Source: Candidatus Wolfebacteria bacterium GW2011_GWE2_44_13 (lineage in GTDB: Bacteria > Patescibacteriota > Minisyncoccia > UBA6257 > UBA9933). From it: a stretch of 64,000 bases of DNA. The notes under the pieces are model-generated. The model saw only the letters and a program-made list of their open reading frames with translations, made no database searches and had not been told where the DNA came from. This document shows positions 8,986 through 18,514 of the stretch, piece after piece; position 1 is the first letter of the stretch; each line of letters starts with the position of its first letter. The stretch spans positions 218,294-282,293 of the forward strand of contig LCHW01000001.1 in NCBI GenBank assembly GCA_001000675.1. The letters run 5' to 3'. Position numbers and translations under genes: made by a program.

Positions 8986-10195
8986 TATTTTTGAAGAAAC
9001 AATCGCAGCACTCTCAGGAAACAAGGTGCGATCGGGGCTTACGATGCTCGGTATTGTTATTGGTATTAGCTCCGTCATCGCGATGGTTGCTATCGGTCAA
9101 GGCGCACAAGGTTCGATTCAGTCGAGTATCCAATCGATTGGCTCAAACCTCGTACTTGTTATGCCAGGCCAACAGCGGGGAGCCGGTATGCAGGTCAGCA
9201 CAGGTAGAGGATCTGCTCGCTCGCTTACCCAAGATGATGCTGATGCAATTGGTGCAGAAGTAGCTCTTGCTCAGGCGGTTGCGCCCGAAATATCGTCCCG
9301 TTACCAAATAACCAGTAAGGGTAAGAATACAAATACCTCGGTTGTTGGTACGACCGCTGCATATCCTTCTGTGCGCAATGTCGAGATTGAACAAGGGTCG
9401 TTTATTACGGAGCAAAACATTCGTAGCTTATCAAAAGTTGCAGTACTCGGGCCAATAACGCGTGACGATTTATTTGGCGAAGATGCGGATGCGATTGGAC
9501 AAACGATTCGCATTAAGAATATTGAGTTTAAAGTTATCGGTGTCACAAAAGAAAAGGGTGGTAGTGGATTTAGTAATCCCGATGATACAATCTTTGTTCC
9601 TTTATCTAGTGCCCAGCGTTTTCTAGCAGGGGATACGTATGTGACAACAATCAGCGTACAAGCGGAAAGTGCTGATGCGATGACCGAAATACAACAACAG
9701 ATTACCGATCTTTTATTGGCTCGTCATAATATCGCGGATGCAACCCTAGCGGATTTTAGTATTATGAATCAGGCTGATATCATATCCACGGCCTCGAGCG
9801 TTACGCAAACCTTTACCATCCTCCTTGCGGCAATTGCGGGCATTTCGCTCGTAGTCGGCGGTATCGGCATTATGAACATGATGCTCACCACCGTCACTGA
9901 GCGCACACGAGAGATTGGACTGCGTAAGGCAATTGGCGCAAAGAGAAAAGATATTAGCGCTCAATTTCTTGTTGAAGCCGTCCTCCTGACCTTTATTGGC
10001 GGATCGATTGGAATTTTCCTTGGTTGGGCTGTATCGTTTGGAGTTTCCTATTTTAATCTTGTGCAAACACAAGTAACGCTCTCATCGGTCTTGCTTGCAT
10101 TCGGTGTTTCCGCAGGGATTGGCATTGTGTTTGGCTATTACCCAGCGCGTCGCGCAGCAAGTCTTAATCCAATCGAAGCGTTACGGTACGAATAA
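8972..10195 (+). CDS. MacB/FtsX-type ABC permease
   Basis: LTMLGIVIG, VGGIGIMNMML..VTERTREIGLRKAIGA, PARRAASLNPIEALRYE. Confidence 0.95.
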   Translation: MTTADIFEETIAALSGNKVRSGLTMLGIVIGISSVIAMVAIGQGAQGSIQSSIQSIGSNLVLVMPGQQRGAGMQVSTGRGSARSLTQDDADAIGAEVALAQAVAPEISSRYQITSKGKNTNTSVVGTTAAYPSVRNVEIEQGSFITEQNIRSLSKVAVLGPITRDDLFGEDADAIGQTIRIKNIEFKVIGVTKEKGGSGFSNPDDTIFVPLSSAQRFLAGDTYVTTISVQAESADAMTEIQQQITDLLLARHNIADATLADFSIMNQADIISTASSVTQTFTILLAAIAGISLVVGGIGIMNMMLTTVTERTREIGLRKAIGAKRKDISAQFLVEAVLLTFIGGSIGIFLGWAVSFGVSYFNLVQTQVTLSSVLLAFGVSAGIGIVFGYYPARRAASLNPIEALRYE

Positions 10196-10210
10196 ATTAT
10201 TATTACTTAT

Positions 10211-10663
10211 ATGACAAAGCAACAATTCAAAAAATATTTTCCCATTATCGTAATCATTGGTATTATCAGTGCTGGTTCCTTTTATGCGGGTATGCGCTAT
10301 GAACGCGGTGGATCTGATAGATTGGCGCAAAACAACGGCATGCTTTTGGCTCCTGCAGAACGGCAGGCACGAATGGCAAGCGGAGGATTGAATGGCGCAC
10401 AGCGCAATGTTGGTGCGAGAACGAATGGAGGGGGATTAGTTGCGGGAGAAATTATTGCGAAAGATGCTACGAGCATTACCGTTAAGCTTCGAGATGGGGG
10501 ATCTAAGATAGTATTCTTATCAAACACAACGAGTGTTATGAAGTCGACTAATGGATCAACTGAAGATTTAGTCATTGGCGCACAAGTAACGACTACAGGG
10601 ACTACAAATACTGATGGCAGCATTACAGCGCAATCCGTGCAACTTCGCACTGATATGCAATAA
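10211..10663 (+). CDS. membrane-anchored OB-fold-like (DUF5666-like) protein of the Mac operon
   Basis: N-terminal TM, GEII..D..SITV..., DGSITAQSVQ. Confidence 0.6.
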   Translation: MTKQQFKKYFPIIVIIGIISAGSFYAGMRYERGGSDRLAQNNGMLLAPAERQARMASGGLNGAQRNVGARTNGGGLVAGEIIAKDATSITVKLRDGGSKIVFLSNTTSVMKSTNGSTEDLVIGAQVTTTGTTNTDGSITAQSVQLRTDMQ

Positions 10664-10680
10664 GGATGCGCTGATAAAAA

Positions 10681-10722
10681 ATAAATGGGATTAATGGTGC
10701 CTAGCCCATTAATCCCATTTAT
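10681..10722. repeat. palindrome with 17-bp arms, GGGGTCAG-family core; between convergent genes
   Basis: ataaatgggattaatgg-tgcctagc-ccattaatcccatttat. Confidence 0.75.
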
Positions 10723-10743
10723 ATTAGTCATGCAGAATATATC

Positions 10744-11265
10744 CTACTGGAGCTTTCCTAAGAAGATTTCTTTTCCGTTGACGCTTAGCCTACCCTCGCT
10801 TTGATGTTCCCAAAATTCGATTGTGCCATCGGTTGAGAGATAGCGCGCTCCACTGGCGCTTATTGCTTGTGCAAGTAAAATATTTTCATATCCCAAAGAA
10901 GGTGCATCGAGAATTGCAGTCCTTGTTTTAATGCGATATACAACGCGTACTGCATTTTTCCCATCAAAATAATCTCCAGTATTGTTCACTCCTACTACGA
11001 TGCAATCTCCTTGAAGAAGCGACCATTCTTCACAGATTGCTCCACCAGGGAACAGACATTCACCTAATTGTCCTTCGGGTGTATTTTTTATTTGGATTGT
11101 GCCTCCATTTTCTGTACAAAAGATTGACGCGGGGTTTGCTTGGGTAACTGCAGTTGAAGGAGGTGTATTTGTATCTTCGGGTGTGTTCATTTTTGCGATG
11201 AATACACGAAGACCGTATAATCCCGAGAGAATAACTACGACACTGATAAGTATTTTTTTGTCCAT
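10744..11265 (-). CDS. DUF333 + MliC (lysozyme-inhibitor-like) fusion, membrane anchored
   Basis: ANPASIFC..NGG...C.....CEEW (DUF333) followed by AISASGARY...FWEH (MliC). Confidence 0.8.
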   Translation of the reverse strand: MDKKILISVVVILSGLYGLRVFIAKMNTPEDTNTPPSTAVTQANPASIFCTENGGTIQIKNTPEGQLGECLFPGGAICEEWSLLQGDCIVVGVNNTGDYFDGKNAVRVVYRIKTRTAILDAPSLGYENILLAQAISASGARYLSTDGTIEFWEHQSEGRLSVNGKEIFLGKLQ

Positions 11266-11418
11266 ACGTATAGTATATACCTTATATCCTTTGAATAGTG
11301 GGTTATTTTTGTGGATAACTTATTATTAAAACAGTACATTGTCTTGTATACTTTAATTAATGTCATAAAAAATAAAAATGACCGTTTATAAAATCAAATA
11401 ATAATTTTACTACCCGGT

Positions 11419-12573
11419 ATGTACAAAATAAAAAGTAAGACATTGATGGTGTGCGTGGCTATCCTTATCGTGATGACCCTCACGACTCCCGTAATTACCT
11501 ATGCTGCTTGGTGGAATCCCGTCTCCTGGTTTAAAGTTTTGGTTTCCAAGATTATACCTAAAAGAGAAAAGGCACCGGAAAAGCCCCAGCCTCAAGCTAC
11601 GGAAGATTCTGGTTTTAAAAACGCGTCATCTTCAAGCAGTACTCCCGAATATCAGGTAGCTACGGGTAATGATTATCCACAACAGAATAATACCGGCAGC
11701 TCGAATAATAGTAGCCAGAGCAATAGCCAGAATGCAAATTCGAATGCAACATACTATGATGAAACGCCCGAGTTCCATGTAGCTTCATCGAGCGGTGGAC
11801 AGTCTAGCTCGGCATGTCCAGATACGGGTCAGCCTATGTGCGGTACAAATGGAGTTACCTATAGAAATTATTGTGAGTTGCAAAGTGCAGGCGCTACTTA
11901 TAACTATGGTTCAGCGTGCGTACCGCCAGCGAATACAGGCTCTTCAACTGGCTCAGCCTCGGGCTCGAACTCAGAAACGTCAGTCGGGTATTCGACTGGT
12001 TCTAATGCAACTACAGATACAAATGCCAGCGCTGCTTCGACCACTGCTACGGGCAGTGCTTCCAATGTGAACACTAATACTACTACTGGGTCGGGAACAG
12101 CGACCACAGGTGGCTCAGGCGCCGAAGTGGTAACGTTTAGCTGTGGCTTGTCGGCCAATCCGAGCCAAGCGGTTAATCTAAGAAATAGGACGGGGAGCTA
12201 CGAGTATCGGCCAATTCCGGCAACCGTTGGAGCGGATATAAAATGGTACACAAATATAATAAATACTGGCCCAGATGATATGGGTGAATGGAAGTCGGAA
12301 AATATTGGCATCGGTACGCGATGTTATTCAACTGTATATTATCAAATCGATTTAAACAGCGATAACACATGGGATGTTACTATGAAAGGGGATATGGCTC
12401 AATTGCGCGCCACCGACCCAAACATGGTAGATCATTTTGCCATCAAAAATTCTTCTAGTTGGAAGGCTGTTGCTGGAAATCATGCGTGGAGAATTTGCGC
12501 CGATGGAGCAAATAAGATTGACGAAACGAACGAAACTGATAATTGCGTTGAAGGAACAATAGAAGTTAAATAA
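11419..12573 (+). CDS. secreted protein with Kazal domain, Ser/Thr-rich linker and CARDB-like C-terminus
   Basis: signal + AAWWNP; CPDTGQPMCGTNGVTYRNYC...C; D..NKIDETNETDN. Confidence 0.75.
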   Translation: MYKIKSKTLMVCVAILIVMTLTTPVITYAAWWNPVSWFKVLVSKIIPKREKAPEKPQPQATEDSGFKNASSSSSTPEYQVATGNDYPQQNNTGSSNNSSQSNSQNANSNATYYDETPEFHVASSSGGQSSSACPDTGQPMCGTNGVTYRNYCELQSAGATYNYGSACVPPANTGSSTGSASGSNSETSVGYSTGSNATTDTNASAASTTATGSASNVNTNTTTGSGTATTGGSGAEVVTFSCGLSANPSQAVNLRNRTGSYEYRPIPATVGADIKWYTNIINTGPDDMGEWKSENIGIGTRCYSTVYYQIDLNSDNTWDVTMKGDMAQLRATDPNMVDHFAIKNSSSWKAVAGNHAWRICADGANKIDETNETDNCVEGTIEVK

Positions 12574-12582
12574 ATTTTAATC

Positions 12583-13128
12583 ATGCATAAAAATCTCATC
12601 ATCGGTATAGTGGCTATAGTAGGTATCGTTGCGGGTATTCTCTTCTTTTCATTGCAATCGGCCCCAGTAGACGAACAGGCGAATCAAAATGCTCCAGTCA
12701 AGCAAAACGATCAAGCCGCTGTTGTTCCTGGTGCAGATAGTAGTAATGCCAATATTGCTGTTTCTGAAAAACCTAACACAGCTAAGTTCGAAGAATATTT
12801 TGACGCTCTTTATTTGGCTAAAATAGCAAATAACGAAGTTTTGAATTACAGCGCCATACCTCAGGCATCGTTATCGTTTGTGGTTGGTAGGGATCAATTT
12901 TGTACGGTTGTCGAACCTAAAAAAATAATTTCAGCGGGAACATATGCCTCGGCTATATATAACGTTAATACGAAAACGTATGTAAAACCAAAAACCGTTT
13001 TTCCTGGAACGTTTGATCCAATGTTAAACGCTGGTTGTGGATCCATCCCAGCTCAAGTAGGGAAGTATGAATATAAAGCTTACCTTGGAAATACACTAGT
13101 TATGGTCCTTCCGTTTGAAATAAAATGA
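12583..13128 (+). CDS. hypothetical membrane-anchored protein
   Basis: N-terminal TM, 181 aa, follows Kazal gene by 9 bp. Confidence 0.65.
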   Translation: MHKNLIIGIVAIVGIVAGILFFSLQSAPVDEQANQNAPVKQNDQAAVVPGADSSNANIAVSEKPNTAKFEEYFDALYLAKIANNEVLNYSAIPQASLSFVVGRDQFCTVVEPKKIISAGTYASAIYNVNTKTYVKPKTVFPGTFDPMLNAGCGSIPAQVGKYEYKAYLGNTLVMVLPFEIK

Positions 13129-13175
13129 GGTAAAGGCGGAGTTAAATGGGTTTGATGTTTTTAAATTAATATAAT

Positions 13176-13204
13176 AAAAAAAGGCCCCGACAAGGGGCCT
13201 TTTG
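13176..13204. terminator. bidirectional terminator
   Basis: aaaaaaaggcccc-gacaa-ggggcctttt between convergent genes. Confidence 0.8.
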
Positions 13205-13228
13205 CGAAACTGCTTTTTGAAGCCAGGG

Positions 13229-13825
13229 TTATCTCCTGCGAAGTCCTGCGCTGCATTGGCGGGTGGTTGGGGGAGCGATGGGCCGATTGTGCTTTTCGTT
13301 GAATTTGCGGAGGAGCTTTTTCTCCTCCAGTAGACGATAGGCCTTTATTTGGCCATGCCCTACAAGGGCGTTTGTCTGGTTGCAACGGAATTTGCCGTTG
13401 CGCAACGGTTTAAATGTTAACCGCGGTGCTTTTGTCATGGGTACCCCTGATCGGTCGAGGGTGACCTCTTTGACCTTGTCCGCCACTCGCATTACGCGAG
13501 ATATTTCGATTACTGTGTTCCTGTAAAACACAGCCTGTATTCTTTCGACGCTGGGTGCTATGACGAGCTCTTCGAGCTCTCCGTCATCTCTCAGTAAACC
13601 TATTTCGTGAGCGAGGTCACAACAGGCGTAAAAATACAGTTGCGTGTTGAGCTCCTCCCCTTCGGAGGTAAAGACGTAGCGTATGAAACACGCTGTTTCC
13701 AGTACCTGCCGAGATGTCCCTTCGACGACCATCCTTTTAACCTCTGCGTAAAACCTTTTGAACGCTTCCTGAAACGAAGCGCATTCAGTGCCAACTGCCA
13801 TCATTGCAACAACCACCTGAAACAT
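13229..13825 (-). CDS. hypothetical protein (stand-alone ORFan)
   Basis: 198 aa; AAGGAGG SD, TTGACA-N18-TATAAA promoter, own terminator. Confidence 0.65.
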   Translation of the reverse strand: MFQVVVAMMAVGTECASFQEAFKRFYAEVKRMVVEGTSRQVLETACFIRYVFTSEGEELNTQLYFYACCDLAHEIGLLRDDGELEELVIAPSVERIQAVFYRNTVIEISRVMRVADKVKEVTLDRSGVPMTKAPRLTFKPLRNGKFRCNQTNALVGHGQIKAYRLLEEKKLLRKFNEKHNRPIAPPTTRQCSAGLRRR

Positions 13826-13936
13826 GGGGCCTCCTTGTGCTCGGTTAGGGTTGAATTTATATGCCCGTCGGCGGGTTATTTGTTCTGCCTCATTTATACG
13901 ATGTATTGCTTAATATTGTCAATCTCCGCGAGAATT

Positions 13937-14626
13937 TTACTCGTTTGGTATTAGTGGATAATAACGAAGCTGGGCATACAACAGTTCGAGGCTGCTTTTT
14001 ATGAGCATTGCCGCATCGGGGTTGTCTATGCGAAAGAAAAACGCTTTTTTCCTTGAAAAAAATATTACTGAATCGCGAAATGCAACGAGGGTACATGTGC
14101 CGAGAATCGGTTCACCTGTAAAACGCGCTGCGCCGCTGCGCTGTTTAATGTGCGCACCTAATTCTTTACTGATAATCGATTGAAAAACTTTAAGCATTCC
14201 TGTGCTGCCAATACTTTTTAAAACAACGCCTTTTTTGGCAATTGCCTTTTGCCATTCGGGGAGGCCCTGTTCGTTTTTAAGGAGCCACTGTATCTCCTCG
14301 TCTGATTCTACGGAATAAACAACCTCTCCTCGTTGCAATGTAAGCACTTCAGAAAGAAGTGCTTTAATTTGTTCGCGGGGAGTCGTAGATTTTTCGGAAT
14401 ATTTTTGCAGTTGTGAAGATACTATTGAGTAGAGGAACCCCTGCTGTGCTACAAGTCCTTTTTCTTTTAGAGAAGTGGCGGAGTTATAAATACTTGTGCG
14501 CGCAAGGTTTACGGCTCGTGCTATTTCTGAAATAGATGCTTGTTTTTCTGCGGATAGTAAATAACGCAAAACCTTTTCTTCGGTTGGCGTTACGGCGAGA
14601 TAGGGGAAAGAGGGCTTATTGCGCAT
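13937..14626 (-). CDS. TrmB-like HTH transcriptional regulator
   Basis: TPTEEKVLRYLL..ASISEIARAVNLARTSIY...LKEKGLV. Confidence 0.75.
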   Translation of the reverse strand: MRNKPSFPYLAVTPTEEKVLRYLLSAEKQASISEIARAVNLARTSIYNSATSLKEKGLVAQQGFLYSIVSSQLQKYSEKSTTPREQIKALLSEVLTLQRGEVVYSVESDEEIQWLLKNEQGLPEWQKAIAKKGVVLKSIGSTGMLKVFQSIISKELGAHIKQRSGAARFTGEPILGTCTLVAFRDSVIFFSRKKAFFFRIDNPDAAMLIKSSLELLYAQLRYYPLIPNE

Positions 14627-14631
14627 AGGGT

Positions 14632-14658
14632 AAATATGTACAAATATTGTACATATTT
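14632..14658. promoter_or_regulatory. palindromic operator candidate
   Basis: aaatatgtacaa-ata-ttgtacatattt (12-bp perfect arms) between divergent regulator and binding-protein genes. Confidence 0.6.
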
Positions 14659-14728
14659 TTACAGTATCGTCAACCCATGGTTCAATACAATTATATACAT
14701 TAATGATCGGTTCCCGAATCAATACACT

Positions 14729-15796
14729 ATGAATCAATTTAAAAAATGGGCTCTATGGATTGCCACGGTTGTTATTATCGCTATCGGAGGATACCAAGCA
14801 TGGAGTAATTCTGCAGGAGTTATTTCAAAGGATTCAATTACAATAGGGTTTATTGGTCCGTTAACTGGTGAGAATGCTGCAATTGGGGAAGGCATAAAAA
14901 ATGCAATTGCGTTGTCTGCAAAAGATGTCGATGTGCGCGTTATTTACGAGGACGACCAGTTTGATGGCAAGAAAGGTATTGCTGCATATCAAAAATTGCG
15001 AACTATGGATAAGGTTGATGCGATTATCAATACAACGCCGACAGTTATTGACGCAATTACTCCGTTGTTGCAAGCTGACCCCATTGTCGTTATACAAATT
15101 GCAGAGCCTGAATTAAGTGGGGATGATACGATATTTCAAATTATGCCAAGCGGTGCGTCGCTCTATGCTCGATTGGGAGAGATGGCTCGAGAAGACTACG
15201 CTTCTTTTGCTTTTGTGCATCAAGAAGGAGCGGCTTTTGAAAAAGCTAAGAATTATTTCAAAAAAACGTACGAAAATCCAAGCGTTAAATTTAACGAATA
15301 TCGCATTGATGACAGTAAAGATTATCGAACCGTTATTGCGAAAATGAAACGCGATGGCGTTATAGCATATACGGTTATTGCTACGCCAAGCGTAGGGGTG
15401 CAATTTATTAAGCAGGTAAAAGAGCAAGGAGTCGGCTCTGTGTTGGTATGTAATGCTGATATGGAGGTTACGATAAGCGAATATCTAAAAGTGCTGCCAC
15501 AGGGCGTGTTTGAGGGGTGTAAATCGGCTATGTTCGCCGACAGAATGGCAGATAGTTTTAAAGTTGCGTATAAAAATGCGTATGGGGTTGATGCAGGATT
15601 TGCGACTGATTACGGATTTGATGCGGTGCGTATTATTAAAAATACATACGATACAGATAACGAAACATGGGTAAATGCCTTAAAGCATCTATTGTTCGAC
15701 GGAGCTTCGGGAAGAATTCAGTTTGACGATCTCGGCGTGCGTGTCCCTGAAATTGAAGAGCATGTGTTTAAAGATGGTGTGTTTGTGAAGAGGTAA
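14729..15796 (+). CDS. LivJ/LivK-like (Peripla_BP_6) substrate-binding protein
   Basis: ITIGFIGPLTG..AAIG, IYEDDQ, GASGRIQFD..G motifs. Confidence 0.85.
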   Translation: MNQFKKWALWIATVVIIAIGGYQAWSNSAGVISKDSITIGFIGPLTGENAAIGEGIKNAIALSAKDVDVRVIYEDDQFDGKKGIAAYQKLRTMDKVDAIINTTPTVIDAITPLLQADPIVVIQIAEPELSGDDTIFQIMPSGASLYARLGEMAREDYASFAFVHQEGAAFEKAKNYFKKTYENPSVKFNEYRIDDSKDYRTVIAKMKRDGVIAYTVIATPSVGVQFIKQVKEQGVGSVLVCNADMEVTISEYLKVLPQGVFEGCKSAMFADRMADSFKVAYKNAYGVDAGFATDYGFDAVRIIKNTYDTDNETWVNALKHLLFDGASGRIQFDDLGVRVPEIEEHVFKDGVFVKR

Positions 15797-15844
15797 CGAG
15801 TTTATCCTATGGGTGGAATTAAAGAGGGCGAATATCTTGAATTT

Positions 15845-15870
15845 AAAAAAGCCCGCTTTCGCGGGCTTTT
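15845..15870. terminator. bidirectional terminator
   Basis: aaaaaagcccgc-tttc-gcgggctttt. Confidence 0.75.
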
Positions 15871-15889
15871 GTTGGTTACGTCGAAGCGG

Positions 15890-17674
15890 TTATTTTATTG
15901 TAAATAACAACAACCCCTTAATAAGGTTTATTGCATATCCTGTTTCTGATAACTCTCCGCCGATTCGTTCGATATGATATTTGAATGCGATTGCATCGTT
16001 TTCAAATACTATAATTATCTGGTCTTTTGGAACACTGCCTGTATTTGTTTTGCTTAATGTATTGAGAAATGCGTTGAGATTTTTTTCGGCGATAAGTACG
16101 CCACCCTTTGTCACTTCAAATGTATTTTTCGCTGTGTTTATTTTGAATTGATATTGTACGCCCGCAATTGTTTGCGTGGATTCCATGCCTTGATTTGGTA
16201 TGGCGTAATCAAATTGTGTTATTTGTGTGGCTTGTGTATTTACTTCGGAATTATAGTAGAAATTTTGCTGACCCGATGCCCAACTTTCGAGATAGGGTAG
16301 GCCGAACTTTTCCATAACCTGTTTCTTTTGCTCTTCACGATTTGCGGCGAGACTGGATAATACTTCTTTGCTGAATATTGGCGTAAGACTGTTTTTTCCG
16401 TGGGTGGTAATAAGATAGCTTGTGATGGCTCCTATTTCTTTTTTATCACCAAAAGAAACATCTGCGTCGCGTACCGCATGTATTCCGTCGTCAGCGAGAA
16501 TCCTATTTTTCACGAGTAGATTCTCAAGTCTGTTTTGCTGGCTTCTTTCAGAAATAGCCAACGCGCCGAGGGGGCCAAAGGATGATACAAGTGCGATAAG
16601 AAACAAGCTAACAGGGATTATTCGTAGATCCTTCTTTTTACTGATAAGAAAATAAGAAGACAAGGCTAAGAGCCAAAAGCCGGCTACCAACACATAATAT
16701 CTATTTTCTGTTATGCCGTACTGCGAAATGCGAAACCATAGCGCCCAGAAAAGCATGCCTATTTGGGGGATAAGCACCATGTGAAATATATCACCAGCTT
16801 TCCGTATCCATGCAATGACATTTCTTAGCGGATACAAGCATATGTATACGAGCATGCCGAGCACTGAAAATCCGAGAATCATATATGCGAGCGTGCCCAC
16901 GGGCCATTCCTGCGTTATGCCTATTCTAATTACATATGCATAGAGAATAAGGAAGTACAGGGATACAAGCGGTACAAACACATACTGGAGAAGTAAGCGC
17001 AGTTCTTTCGGGTATTCTGCGGATTCTATGGTGTGCCCAACATTTTGTGGTATGCGGGATAACAAGAATGCTGGTCCGAAAAAACTAAATAAAACAATCG
17101 CCATGTCTTGATACGCATGTTCGCTAATAGCTATAGTAAAAAGATGACCGATGGCTGATAGGGCAATAGAAACACCAGCTTGTGTTAAGGCTAGCCAAAT
17201 GATGGTTAACGCTATTGAGATGACGAGATAGGCATTAAAATACCATATTTTATCTGAAGCACTTTCGATTCTTTTCTTTATGTATGGTGCAAATGAAATT
17301 AAAAATACAAGACACAGCCCCCACAAAACAGAGCGAAGAATAATCGCATCTTCCGCTGTGTTAAGATCGGCAGGTAAGTAAGAATAATATCCGGCTAAAA
17401 GTCCAAAGCCTGCTAGGCTTATACTGGATCGGATTTTCTTGCTCCAGTTGTTTTGTTCGCACAAGAGAGTGATGGAGATAAAAAGCAAAAATCCTAATAT
17501 GGATGTAATAAGTATTTTTGCCAAAACTGCAGTATTGCCAACTTGATGGGCGAGTAAGAGCCCTGCGCTGACGGTTGCTATCGAAAATAGAAATGAAAAA
17601 GGAAACCGCCGAGCTGCGGTTTGTAGGCTCTCAATGAGTGATAGTATGGCGCGTAATTTTAGTATGTTTTTCAT
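15890..17674 (-). CDS. DUF4153 family membrane protein
   Basis: RFP N-terminus, PLVSLYFLILYAY, RISQYGITENRY, SQQNRL motifs. Confidence 0.8.
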   Translation of the reverse strand: MKNILKLRAILSLIESLQTAARRFPFSFLFSIATVSAGLLLAHQVGNTAVLAKILITSILGFLLFISITLLCEQNNWSKKIRSSISLAGFGLLAGYYSYLPADLNTAEDAIILRSVLWGLCLVFLISFAPYIKKRIESASDKIWYFNAYLVISIALTIIWLALTQAGVSIALSAIGHLFTIAISEHAYQDMAIVLFSFFGPAFLLSRIPQNVGHTIESAEYPKELRLLLQYVFVPLVSLYFLILYAYVIRIGITQEWPVGTLAYMILGFSVLGMLVYICLYPLRNVIAWIRKAGDIFHMVLIPQIGMLFWALWFRISQYGITENRYYVLVAGFWLLALSSYFLISKKKDLRIIPVSLFLIALVSSFGPLGALAISERSQQNRLENLLVKNRILADDGIHAVRDADVSFGDKKEIGAITSYLITTHGKNSLTPIFSKEVLSSLAANREEQKKQVMEKFGLPYLESWASGQQNFYYNSEVNTQATQITQFDYAIPNQGMESTQTIAGVQYQFKINTAKNTFEVTKGGVLIAEKNLNAFLNTLSKTNTGSVPKDQIIIVFENDAIAFKYHIERIGGELSETGYAINLIKGLLLFTIK

Positions 17675-17682
17675 AGACGCTT

Positions 17683-17889
17683 TTATTTAGTTTTATATTC
17701 CAAAATATCCCCTGGCTGACAATCCAAGGCTTTGCAAATTGCTTCTAATGTGGAGAGACGGATTGCTTTTGCCTTGCCATTTTTTAATATGGAAAGATTT
17801 GCCATGGTGATGCCTATTTTTTCTGCGAGTTCGGTGACGCTCATTTTTCTTTTAGCCATCACCACATCAATGTTTATTATAATTGCCAT
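17683..17889 (-). CDS. XRE-family HTH regulator (YozG-like)
   Basis: ELAEKIGITMANLSILKNGKAKAIR..TLEAIC.ALDCQPGDILEY. Confidence 0.9.
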   Translation of the reverse strand: MAIIINIDVVMAKRKMSVTELAEKIGITMANLSILKNGKAKAIRLSTLEAICKALDCQPGDILEYKTK

Positions 17890-17895
17890 AATTGT

Positions 17896-18381
17896 TTAAA
17901 CGGTTAAGTCGTTTTCTGATTTTATATCTATCGCGCTTTGTAACAACTTTTGCAGAACTGCAGCAAAGGTTGCAATAATAAGAGAAGCGAAAATAATAAT
18001 CAACCCAATTGCTACGAGACCTGGAGCATCATCTGCATCGGCGAGAGAGAACAAGAAAGGGAGTGTGCCTGTGTATATCGCGCTAATAGTTAATGCGCAA
18101 TACTTAATGGTCGTTAAAGCTTTTACGGACAATCCAGAAAAGGCTGTGTTTTTATCAATAAACCCTAATAACTTCAAGGCTTGGTACAGGGCGATGAAAA
18201 ACGGAATTGTCGTTATATACGCACCAATCAATACATAGCGCAAGTCAGCAAACTCTGGCTTTATTGATCCTACGTTTGCGAGCCATGGAAATAAAAAGAT
18301 GCATAGGGCGGCTACTGCGATTCCCATAAGAAAAATGGCGGTTCGTAGGAAAATTGTTGATCCACGTTTTGTGAGCTTCAT
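17896..18381 (-). CDS. DUF2975 family membrane protein
   Basis: DDAPG motif, ends AIDIKSENDLTV, adjacent to XRE gene. Confidence 0.85.
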   Translation of the reverse strand: MKLTKRGSTIFLRTAIFLMGIAVAALCIFLFPWLANVGSIKPEFADLRYVLIGAYITTIPFFIALYQALKLLGFIDKNTAFSGLSVKALTTIKYCALTISAIYTGTLPFLFSLADADDAPGLVAIGLIIIFASLIIATFAAVLQKLLQSAIDIKSENDLTV

Positions 18382-18514
18382 AAATGGCTTTATATAGTAT
18401 TACTAGGTTATTTATCTATACAGTAATCCTTGATTTATCGTTTGTCAATATATTATTATTGTTATCCTTTGCTATTAAGCAACGAAACAGCCTTTATGGT
18501 ATCCTTATTTTATT

